From positions 372,001-436,000 of the forward strand of contig CT867997.1 in the NCBI GenBank assembly GCA_000165425.1: 64,000 nt of DNA. The letters run 5' to 3'. Origin of the DNA: Paramecium tetraurelia. Its lineage: Eukaryota. Positions within the stretch are counted from its first letter, which is position 1. The number at the start of each line of letters is the position of its first letter. The position numbers and the translations under genes are program-made. The notes under the pieces are model-generated. The model searched no databases, was not told where the DNA came from, and was given only the letters and a program-made list of their open reading frames with translations. Below are positions 1-11,405 of this stretch, piece by piece.

Positions 1-287
1 AATTAAGTTTTTTATTGGAGAGTTAAAATGTATTTTCATTATTAAATAATATAATTTTGGAGGTAATACTTACAAGGGAAAGTTTATAAATAATTGCAGA
101 TCTAATAGATATTAATAGTTTTTAAGGGGAACTCATAAGCCCTTTCACTCATTAAAGAAAAATAGAAAATTGGTGAAGAAATAATTTACTAGTATAAATT
201 GATTAAGAATTTGAAATGAATATTTGAAGTGGGTTAAAACAAAGCGATTTTTGGTTTGATATATAAGGTTGATGTTTAATAATACAA

Positions 288-2342
288 TCAAGAATCCAAA
301 AATGATTTCTAATGCAAAAACTTTATAAATGATTAAGTTAATTAGGTTTGATCAGTGTAGATATAGAAGGATAGTTTATTTTAATACACATTGTGTGTTT
401 AGATTAAATCCATCATGGAAGGAAACACATTCATGAAATCTTTTTAGACTGAGTTGTTTTCATAATACACGTTTTGAGATTGCTGAACTGAATTATAAGG
501 TCCTATTTTTTTGAGTAAAAAATTAGTTATAGGGTAGGTTAATATGAAGTCTTAATTGTTGTTGCTTTGAAAGTCTTCAAAAGACTTAGGATTTAGAATA
601 ATTTGAGTTTACGGTTGAAGTTCAATAAATCTTTCGGTAAGAAAAGAGAACTCAAATTTGATTAATTTCTGAAAATCTGTTTTAGTGGGACTCTCTTCTG
701 ATTCCAAGACCACTTTTTTTATGAAATCAAACTCTTTAATACAACTATTTTCTAGAGGAATATTCTCTTGTTTCAGCGGATTTAAGTTCAGTTCTGTTCT
801 AATAGTTAATGTTATAATTGTATTGACATCTGCTTAAGCTAGACACTATTCAAAAATATTCATAACTATTTAAGAAAGAAATTTAGAATTGATTTTGACA
901 TTGCAATCTTCTAAACACAGTTAGATAACAAATTTTTTCTTCAATGCATCTGACATATATTAGAAATAGGGTTCCAAATTTTTAATAAAATTCTTTAGAT
1001 TAACAACTTTATAACTTACTGAATCATTGTTTATTCTACAAGCATTTACAAAATAGTAAAAGTTTTAAAATTAATTCATTATTGATAGATTTAAGCATTT
1101 GATAGACCATACTTTATCATTGCCTACAGAATTCAGATTCAAGATGGCACTCGAAAGATTAGATAGCAATGCCAATATTTGATTTGACACAGAAGTGATT
1201 ATTTTATTGAGAAATTTGATTTGTTCTTCATTTTTAGTCATCACTTATTGTGGCTTCTCTTCTTTTAAAACAAATAAAAGGTAATTCTTTCCGTATGTAA
1301 GTTATCTAATATCAATACTGAGAATTTTATTTTTTTCCTTCTCGTTCTCAAAATACACTCCATCCAAATTCTCAATAAGTTTAAGATCATCGTGTTTTAT
1401 CGATAAATTTTGTTTAATTTTGTAAAAAGAGTACTCTTCCAATGTTTATCGCTTCTATTACACTTTTTTTGCTGACAAGTCTGCTGACTTTTGCATTGGA
1501 ATAGAGGACAAATCCACAAATGTAGGTATTTAATTCTTATGTGAAACCTATATATTCCTCAAAACTTCGATCATAGACTTTGTATCTTCAATATTTAATT
1601 AATTCTTAGCCTATTGATTTAAGAATTCTAGTTAAAAGGAATTGTTGTGTTCATTTAAACTTATTGCAAAGAAAGAATGTGGTACATATTCCTCTAGTAG
1701 TTCTCTATTATAAAACTACAATAGATTACCTATATTTAGCATTCAGATGGGTGTAAGAAAACGCTAATCTAAACATAAATTCATTGTAATGGGAGTATAT
1801 GACAACCAAAAATTGTGATGCAAACATGAGGATGATATATGAGAAATCTTAGTTAGTAAGAGCGTCTAATATATATAGTTAAACTGTAGGAACAATTACA
1901 AATGCTAATAGTCTTAAGCGAAAACTGCTAAAGAGATACTGGATAACTGAAATTGACCCACTGTAAAATCCATACAAATAGAGAGCCCTAAAATCGAGAG
2001 AACAAATTACTTTTATTTAGTCTCTGTGGCTATGTACACACTGATGATGATAGACATTAGGTACATAAAAAAGTAATAATATCTTATCTTTTTGTCAAAT
2101 ATTTTAGTAATTATCAGGACACCTAAGATAAATGCACCTAAAACAGCCAACGAGATTATCAAAACCAAATGTTGTCCATCAATCAAATAAATAATAAAAA
2201 AGTAGAAACTTAAAAGCATAACGACTATCTCTATGATGCGAAAATAATGAAGCCTGTATTTACTCATCTCAATTTCATACAAATCTTCAAAGTCTTGGTT
2301 TCTAAATCTCAAGGTCCATCGATTAAATAGTAAATTATTCAT
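288..2342 (-). CDS. Multi-TM sensor histidine-kinase-like protein with degenerate H-box
   Basis: Code-6 ORF from MNNLLFNRWTLRF to TGA at 288-290 (2055 nt, 3n). It has N-terminal hydrophobic helices, a PAS-like end, an H-box-like KIITSVSNQILALL and an N-box-like FLSQIVMNIFE. Confidence 0.7.
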
Positions 2343-2945
2343 AATTATTACAACTAATTGAAAATTTAATATATATATGCTCAAAGCTCCCTCAATTTGC
2401 TATAATCTAAACATAAAATTATCAAAACTTTTCCGAATTTCCTACCCTTTTACTCTCCTTAATTTAAAAAAACTTACATATTAAAACAATAAAATCTGTG
2501 AAATCTATTAGGAACGTATAGAGCAATATATTAAATTAGAGATGTTACAATCGATCTTCAAGTGCAAATAATGTTGAAATGATTCACAAATATTTGATTA
2601 TATACACAATTTAAATTCGAAAAAATTAATTAATTAAATTTTATTTAAAATATCAAGTCATTAAGCAATGTTATCTGTAAATTGATTACCTTAATAATTT
2701 GAGAATCATTATAATTAAAATGAAATAATTCTCTGAATTATAGTAAATTCTAAGTTGAAGCAAGTTTATCCAACAATTTATGATTCAAATTAAGTAGATT
2801 GAAATGTGACATCAAATTATCAGTATAGGAAGATAATTCTTATGGCAGATTGTAGAATGCAGTGAAGAAGAGTTGGAGATTAGAGATTTTTGGTGAAAAT
2901 GAATAGAAAGAAGAGATAATTTCATTATAAAATTATTATAATTTA

Positions 2946-3829
2946 ATGAGTGATATATTGATTGATGATCGTATTAGGGACTGGGTATTCTTGCCAATAA
3001 TAATTGTGATGTTTATGATTCAGATGTTCAGAGGATTGTTAACAAAATATATGGACAATAAAAAGACATCGCAAAAAGTGACATCAAAAGCTTAAGTTTC
3101 AGAGATGATTGATAAGTACATAGAGTAGACAACATAATTAGAAATATAACTCAACAATCTTAAAGACTAGCACGATTATATGGATTATTGCCAGATCATT
3201 CTTTTAAGATGAAGAGGGCTCATTTATGCGATAATAAGTCAGGCATATTAACAAAGGCAAGTGAAAAGCCAGCAAAGGATCCAATGCAATCAATGTCAAT
3301 GATGAATCCAGCTGCCATGGCTGATATGCTAAAACAAAATTTAAGTGGAATTGTATTCATGGCACTTCAATATTAATGGGTTTCTTATTTTTTCTCTGGT
3401 TTTGTGATTGGCAAAGTCCCATTTCCCTTGACTTAGAAATTCAGAACAATGTTATAGAGAGGAGTAGATGTGCAAAATTTAGATGTTAGATATATAAGTA
3501 GTATCAGTATTTACTTTGTGTTGTTGTTTGGAGGTCTTTAAAAGATTCAGTAATTGATGTTTGGAGATGATACTGACGAGTTTGTTGATGGTATTGAGTG
3601 TTTTTTGAGTATTATTAGACACTCAAATGTAGATGTAGATGTAAATGATGGGAATGCCAACGATGCCATCTTTTGGATAATAGAATGACCCAGGAAAATT
3701 GTTTATAGCTGAAAGAAGTAACTTAATATATCGAATTTAGCTCGTTTGGAAGGAGTAAAACATTCATTTGAATTGAATAAATCATAGGAGAAGGCCATAA
3801 AATCCTTAAAGAGATTTTTAATTCAATGA
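2946..3829 (+). CDS. EMC3: ER membrane protein complex subunit 3
   Basis: Motifs [48 protein letters not shown] and LDVRYISSISIYF. Three tiny introns (about 3116-3141, 3591-3618, 3718-3740). Confidence 0.93.
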
Positions 3830-3927
3830 TGTACAATAAATGTTATATATTATTTTGATAAACCATTCGAATATTTGTCCTACTTATACTGGGCTGGGGT
3901 TTCTACAAGAATATAATTATCTCCCAA

Positions 3928-4494
3928 ATGAATATCAAACACCCAATAGAGTTGATCAAGAAAAAAGTGAATTCAGATGGCATCACCTACAAATTTAGAT
4001 GGAGCAACAATTCTGTTTCTATTGAACCCATGACTCAATTAACTCAGGAGATGTTAGTGTTGGTTAATGATTTTGAATTGAGAAATTTGGGATTTGATCC
4101 TCAGGAACCAAAACCATAAAAACACATCAAGCAAGATTCCTAAGTTGTCAGATAACCAGAAGAACAAAAGAGAGAGAGGAGATAGAGTGAGAAAAGGGAT
4201 AAATCATTAGATAAAGCACCTGAAAAATAAAAATAAGCAAAAGACACTGACAGCGTTTAGACTAATAATACTATTGGGAATACTGCTCATAAACCAAGAA
4301 AAAGCAAGGCTTGCTAAGTGAAATCAGTTAAACATGATTGTGGGAGAATAGAATTCTTTGTTTGTTTTGATGAGTCCACTGAATCCAAATGGGTATCACT
4401 AGAGGAAATGAAGGAGAAAGCTCCTTTGGCAGTTTGTGAATTCTTATTGGGGAAGGTCAAGTATGGAGGAGGAGGAGCTAGCAATAAAAAGTGA
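3928..4494 (+). CDS. HP1-like protein: degenerate chromodomain, charged hinge and chromo-shadow-like domain
   Basis: 188-aa code-6 ORF. The N-terminal HPIELIKKKVNSDGITYKFRWSNNSVSIEPMTQL is chromo-like. The C-terminal IEFFVCFDESTESKWVSLEEMKEKAPLAVCEFLLGKVKY is chromo-shadow-like. Confidence 0.72.
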
Positions 4495-4527
4495 TTAAGA
4501 AATATTATTTTATTAATTATATTAATT

Positions 4528-5229
4528 ATGGGATATAGATTATCTGATCCTAAGAGATTTGGATTAGCCAGAACATCAAAATAGAGATGGCATTTGTGGA
4601 GAACTCAAATGACCCAATTAGTGACACATGAACGTATTCACACTACTTGGGCCAAAGCCAGAGCACTCCAATTTGTAGCTCATAAGACATTCAAAATGGG
4701 ATAAGATGCCAGCAAAAATAGAGGCAATGCTATCAATAGATTAATGGGTATCGCATCTATTTACTACTAATTAGGTATTCTAACTACTAAATTTGCTATT
4801 AAGAAGCTCATTAATGAAATCGTACCTAAATTCAAAGATCCAAAAGAATAAGTGTTTAAAGTTGTAGAAACCAAAAGAAGAAGAAGTGATTTCGCTAGAA
4901 TGGGATATATTGAGTTTACAAAGAATGAAATTGCCAAATATGAAGAATCTTAATAAAAGTAATTGTAGGAGACAGGTAAGATTGTGGATATCAGTAAATA
5001 CAATAAAACATGGTTGATAGAAGAGAGAGACTTCATTAAAGATAAATTAGACTAAGCCCAATCTAGATTTGATGCTCTCTAAGCTGATCCTAACACTCCC
5101 AGTGTTGAAATTAAAAGAGCAGATTAGGATGTTAAATTTTTCAAACGCAAACTAGAAACCGTTGAAAAGGACCTTTGGATTGAAAATAAGAATCCATTAG
5201 ATATGAGAAGATATTTCAGAATTTATTGA
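4528..5229 (+). CDS. MRPL17: Mitochondrial ribosomal protein bL17m
   Basis: RTQMTQLVTHERIHTTWAKARAL and RRRSDFARMGYIEF match L17 motifs. There is a probable 27-nt intron at 4748-4774. Confidence 0.88.
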
Positions 5230-5859
5230 TATAAGGAGATGCATTATTCCTATCAACCAATCTTGCAAAATCCATATTTCTTCTATAAAAATTAGGTCTT
5301 TTTTAATTATAATGTACTTCAAATGTAAGTATGTTTATGTTGCCTTCCTATCATCTATATGATATTATGATGTTGGTCTCTATCTATTAAACGATCCTTT
5401 AGAATAGTTGACATAGCAAATGGTCTTCGGTTTTGGAGGATCGCTACTCAAATCAGGCATTACGACTTAAGTATGCCACGATTTTCTTTTCGTTTATTTA
5501 TCAAGTGGAATGTGTTTTCTCGTTGGCTCCCATGGAATTACAAAATTAGTGGCTTACTGCAGTTGAAAATCTTTTTGTTCTTCAAATATCGTCACTCTCT
5601 ATCTACAATTGATAGAGACTGAAGGAGTTCTGGGTCTGATGCATTTCCAAAATTCATCCTATATTTTGTCAACCTTGTTTCTGAATCTGGATGTAGCTGA
5701 GTGCTCTCTCTTGGCAGTTGTATGAAAATGTTAATGAAAGGCTTGTAAATTAACTAATTGATCCTCATTTTGAATGCATTCTACAGGTCCATCGACTTTC
5801 AAAATCTATCCTAACGATTTATCAAGAAGCATTTATCGAATTTTTGATTTTTCGATCAT
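5216..5859 (-). CDS. Hypothetical protein (~200 aa)
   Basis: Code-6 ORF MIEKSKIRQMLLDK... After one short intron (donor at 5317) it ends RNMDFARLVDRNNASPYINKF-TGA. Confidence 0.6.
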
Positions 5860-5898
5860 TTTAATTAATATAGTTAATTAATATGCCATTCTTAACTC

Positions 5899-7043
5899 TC
5901 AATTAAAGACACAATCAGAAAAATAACCATATGGCCAACTAGAAATTTGATCTCTATTAAATGCCTTATGCATTTTTTTAATTTATTCATTTTATAGTAA
6001 TATCAAAAATTTTCATTTTTTACTAATCCACAATAGCCATCATCACTTTGTCTTGGTTTTTAATTAATTGGACTCTAGATTTTAGTCTGAAATCATATTA
6101 ATAATACATACTTAGATGAAAGTTAGATTATTCCATCAATTACCAAATCTTTTTATTGAATTTTATACTAACCATTATCTCTATTCGATATTGCAGACAT
6201 TAACAATTCTCAACTGGAATACAAAGAGCATATGTTACTTAAGAAGGAGTGAATTCCATCAGTACAACGTCAATATCATTACCATATAAAATGTAATCTC
6301 TGTTTGTATTGCATACCTTAATACCAATACTAGGTGCAATCAGCCATTCATCAATTGATAATGGGATCATCGTTAAACTACAAGGCAACATGTTTGTATT
6401 CACCTTTCTTAATAATTTCTCCTTATAATTTACTTAAATTATAGTTGCTCCTTATTCTCCAGCCATGTATACACTAAACAATTCTTCAGGTTTAATCAAT
6501 TCCATTTTATATTATTTTTATCTATCTTGTACTTTTAAATACTAAAATTTAGAAATAATTCTAGTTTGGTCATCTCTTTATATTCCAATCTTCCATCAGC
6601 ATCTAGAAATGCAAATGAATTATTTTGCAAATTTAGACCTGATAAAATGGGTTTATTTGAAAGTGTACATTTATCCTATATTTTCGCAGTTTGTCCTTAA
6701 TAAATCCAGTAATAAACTTAACCATCATCTGCTTCTGTTATAAAAGTGTTCGGTGATTATGATTCTATCCAGTTTATCCGTTGAGTATGCCCATCAAATG
6801 CCAATAAAGATTTCTTTTTTGAGTGTCAAACACCCTCCATTTGGAATCATTTTAAGCATTCATAACAAATGTTGAATTAGATAATCCGATCACTACCCCC
6901 CTATTGTAAAATTTAATGTAAACTTTCTATTCAATTTTAAATGGGACCATTCTTTTTTCGTAAGATCTAAGGCCCTACTGAATTTACAATATGTTCCAGA
7001 TTAACCAATAATAATTGAGTCTGAAAGCCCATTCATTTCACTT
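5899..7043 (-). CDS. WD40-repeat-like protein
   Basis: Starts MNPKTIVSEM. LAFDGHTQRINWIES..FITEADDGQVYYW is WD-like. Intron and stop placement are approximate. Confidence 0.55.
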
Positions 7044-7104
7044 ACAATTGTTTTAGGATTCATTTGACTGTTTTATTAAAAATTAATACATTATTACACT
7101 AATT

Positions 7105-7880
7105 ATGGAGATTAAGGGAGGTATTCTTAATTAAAACAATAACCTAAATATAGTTTTATAAGGTTCTTATATTGTCGAGTATTTATCTTTATTAATCAGA
7201 TTCAAAATCTTTGGCGACTCATTTGCTATTAACAATTTTATGAATGAATCCTATAGATATTCTTAAATACTATCATGAATTAGTTTTATTTTTCTTAGAT
7301 ATTCTTCTGAATTATCTTAAATTACTAGTCAGATAAGTGCAGATAAAAATGAATTGGCTTCAAGAAAGAATCTAGAATAGAATTGCCTACTGATTTATTC
7401 AATAATGACTCACAGTCTGAGTAAAATTAGTCAAATTTTCGAAATATGCTTTCTTTAATTTATTGCAAGTGCATCTAGAACGGTTTTACTATAAATATCA
7501 TAGCCGAAGCCGCTAGAGTCTTTTAAGTGTCAATATTATCTGAATATAGTTATAGATTTTAAGATTTCATGAATATTTAAAACTATTCTAATGAAGTTTT
7601 ATACTACTGCCCTAGTATATAGATTAGCTGAATTTAGCAAGGAATTGTTTTATCTCAAGCACATTATTACTGTGCTCCATATGTGCATCCTCATTAAAGT
7701 ATTATTAGCAAAGTAATATTTCATTCTTTTAGATTTCTTATCTGCACAGCCTTTGATAATAAATCTTTGCTTACGATCTTTGCAACGTAATATAACTTAA
7801 AATAACGAAGGGTATCTCTTCTTGCATGGTAAAAATAAAAATATATATTTTACAATACAATTTATCCTAACTTAATTAAT
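7105..7880 (+). pseudogene. Possible degenerate gene or unresolved hypothetical CDS
   Basis: A long TGA-free code-6 stretch runs about 7380-7850, but I could not build a consistent frame from the ATG at 7105. Confidence 0.2.
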
Positions 7881-8251
7881 TAATATATAATCATTCATCA
7901 AAGCTAATTTTCACATTGATTAAAATTTTTATATTCTCTTTTATACTATCAACTTCTGATTCTAGCAAACATTAAAATACCTCAAAGGGTATCATATAAT
8001 TACACTCCTTTATATATAGAAATCGAATTATAGCTTAATATAATTCTAATACACTGTTGATTTTTGGGATTAGATTTAGTAATTCTTTGAGTCATATTCT
8101 AAGCCTTTAGGATTGATAGTACTAGGCTGTATTGTAGTGATATTAATAAGAATTTCACTTTAAAATTCAAAATAAATTGGTTGTCATCAGAACTATTACA
8201 AAGAGAATATATATTAATTTATTAACGGTTATATCTCAAAAAGACTCAAAA

Positions 8252-8963
8252 ATGAATTACTATATAGAAAGCCAATTGTAAAAGATGAGCTAACTTTTAG
8301 AATCAAAGCAATCTGAGATCAATAAATTGAAGGCATAAGTGGAGAAATATTAAAACTATGATTAGTAAGAAATGCTATTTATTTCAGATAATTGGAAGAA
8401 CTAAACTAGTACATCATGTAGTTAAATTACTAATTCGAATAACAAGAATAGACTCACAAGGATTAGATTTATTTTATGCAAAGGGAGTTGGCATTTGCCT
8501 AAGACGAAATAAAAAATTTGCAAGTATTCATATTCATGTTTTTATTAGAGAACAAGAGGTTAAACTGAATAACAATAAATAGCTTCACTTCTAAAGGAGT
8601 TGTCAGAAATCAAACAAGAGAACAATCAACTTAAGGTAGAATTGTCCAGGTAATAACAAAAACCAAGAACGAATTCTATTCAAGAGAACAGTTTTCAAGA
8701 AGTTAAAGTAAATTTGTAGAATTAATAAATAGAGACTGTCTCCTCACTTGAGAGTGCATAATTGCAGTTTTACAAGTCCCTCCTAGAACCTAGTAAAAGA
8801 GAGAAGAGTTCCTTCACTTCCTGATGTTAACTCAAATAGATTATCCATCAACAAGACTTCGTTTCACAATTTGTCATAAAATCAACCATATTCCAAGAAA
8901 CCTCCACTTCAATAGATACATAATATCAGTCCTAATAAGTAAGTAGTAATTGTTCGTCAATGA
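8252..8963 (+). CDS. Coiled-coil hypothetical protein
   Basis: Starts MNYYIESQLQKMSQLLESKQSEINKLK. Three 23-25 nt introns restore the frame to TGA at 8961. Confidence 0.72.
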
Positions 8964-9016
8964 TTAAATACAAATATATATATATATGGGGACTTTGAAA
9001 ATTTAATTTATAATTA

Positions 9017-10359
9017 ATGAGTAGTTTTAATACAAAATTGAATTTCTTATAATAAGAAATTAAGCTACTTTAAGACGAAAACACAGAGCTTAGACATCTC
9101 CTATAATTAAATAAACAAATTATTAAAATCCAAGGAGGATAAGCAAGCACAAACTTTGTATTTTAATTATTGAATTCAGTCATTACCAAGTGGTCCATAG
9201 TTGTCAATTGAAGTTTGCAAGTCTGATGCAAATGATTATCATGACACTTAATTCGTGATAGCAAATTTGATGGATGAAAATAATAAACTACTATCCATCA
9301 ATGAAGAATTAAGAAAGTAGAGAGATTAATTGAGAGCTCAAGTTAGTTAAATATATTATTTTAGAATCTCCTATTACAACAAATTGAAATTGAAAACTCT
9401 TAAAGAATACTCGATATCCAGGCTGAAAAGCATCAGAAATTAATTGATTTCTAAAATTAAATTCTAGGAAAAGATAATCAAATCTAAGAATTGAGTGATT
9501 AATTGTAGAACATTCTCTCTAGAAAACGTCTCAAAACCAAAATCGTAATTATTTTATACTATAGATTAAGTAAATACCTTTGTAAAGTGAGTACCTAATC
9601 TTTTAGAATCAACTTGAGACTATGAGCAAAGCTCTGAACTATTACTATTAGGAGAATAAACTATTCAGGTAAGAGAATAAAAAGATGTCATTATTGTTGG
9701 ATTTATTAACCACAGATAAGAATGCAGAAAATAAATTAAATTCAGAATAAAGTCCAGATATCAATGATTCAAGTTATTTTTTGGAGTCACTCCCAATGAA
9801 AGTTAAACAACCTCCTAATCCTAATTAGTTAATCACAGTACCCAAGCTTGATCTTAATAAAGCTCGCAAGATCCAATAACTTAATGTTGAGAAACAACAG
9901 GAATCTGAAGAATAACACCTTCCCTTAGAATAGTTTCTAACAATTGATAAAAAGATTTATCCATAGACAAACGCTCAAACTCCCAGTTAAGGCAGAGGGG
10001 GACAATTCATAAGTCCAAATAAATTGTTGATTTAATTGACCTCATTGGCAGACTCAAATAAAACTTTGAATAAACAACTTAATCAATATAAATAAAAGTT
10101 GCAGGATGAATTACTATTAACAAAATCACTTGAGACCAAACTAGATGAATTGTATCGATATGTTTAAGACCTAGAAAAAACAAATGAAATTTTAATCGCT
10201 TCTTAAATAAAACTTACAAATAATCTTTAGAAACTAAAAATTTTCGTTATTACAGGTAAAAAGGAATAAACAATAAGTAAACATAAATATAATATGTCCA
10301 TTTAATATAAAGCGGATTTATATTAAAAAACTAAAGATAGAAGTAATTCGATATACTGA
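9017..10359 (+). CDS. Coiled-coil hypothetical protein
   Basis: Starts MSSFNTKLNFLQQEIKLLQDENTELRHLL. Heptad-rich with tiny introns, TGA at 10357. Confidence 0.72.
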
Positions 10360-11405
10360 TTTATGATTAATTAATAAAATATATGAAAAAATAAACAAAC
10401 TAGAAATTAGTTCCTTATAGTCGCATTTCTTATATAAGAGGTGTTTTTAACACTATGATCATAAGGAAGAAGTATAAATCATCAGGTTTCGTTAAATTGC
10501 TAATAGATCAACAAAAGGTTTTTAGTTATCCAAAATCATATAAAGTTGGTAATCTCTGATCAATGTTTGCCAAATTGAAAACCTTATAATTAGGTAATTT
10601 AAAATATATGATTAGTATTGTTTTCATCATTTGCTATTTTGGATAAATATTTATTCATCCATTTATGTGCCATGGTTAGTGTCAAAGTTCATAAAATATA
10701 AAACGATATACTATTGGGTGATTTGATATCAGATAAAGCAAAATCCAAGATTGAAAATATCAATAACAAAAATAAACAGTATTTTTAAATAAAAAGCAGA
10801 ATCAAACAAATAAATTTACAATTTGTAAAATTACTATAAGATTTATCGAAATCTATGAATAAGTTGACAGAAGATCATTAATTATCCATTAATAATTATA
10901 TGGAATAAATATCACTTTTTTGAATTATAAAATTTACTATTGTGTCTACAGATTTTTCATATCCCTCATTATAAACAATGTACACTTAATTGGGAACACA
11001 CTTTAATATCTGTCATATTTTCATATGATGAGTAATTCATATATGAAATGAAGTTATACTCTCATATTGCAGTCTTCATAGTAAGCCCTCTGATTTTAAC
11101 CTTCCTAAGTAAATTGGAAAACATTAGCATATTTAATATTGCACTATAGACAACAAATATTTCGATGAAATCAATTTGATTAAGGCCTTTTCAAAATTAA
11201 TTCATTATCTAAGGGAGATCATAATGGTAGATAATGCTAAAATATTAAAAATTGAGATTTGTAGTAAAGTAACTAGTTGAAAATGGATGTGAGAATGCTT
11301 GAGAGGTTCTTTAACAATACAAAAGTTAATAACTATCTAAATTTTGATAGGTGTCTCATATATTTGATAAAAATATCTTTATTATTAATAATTAATTATT
11401 TAAGA

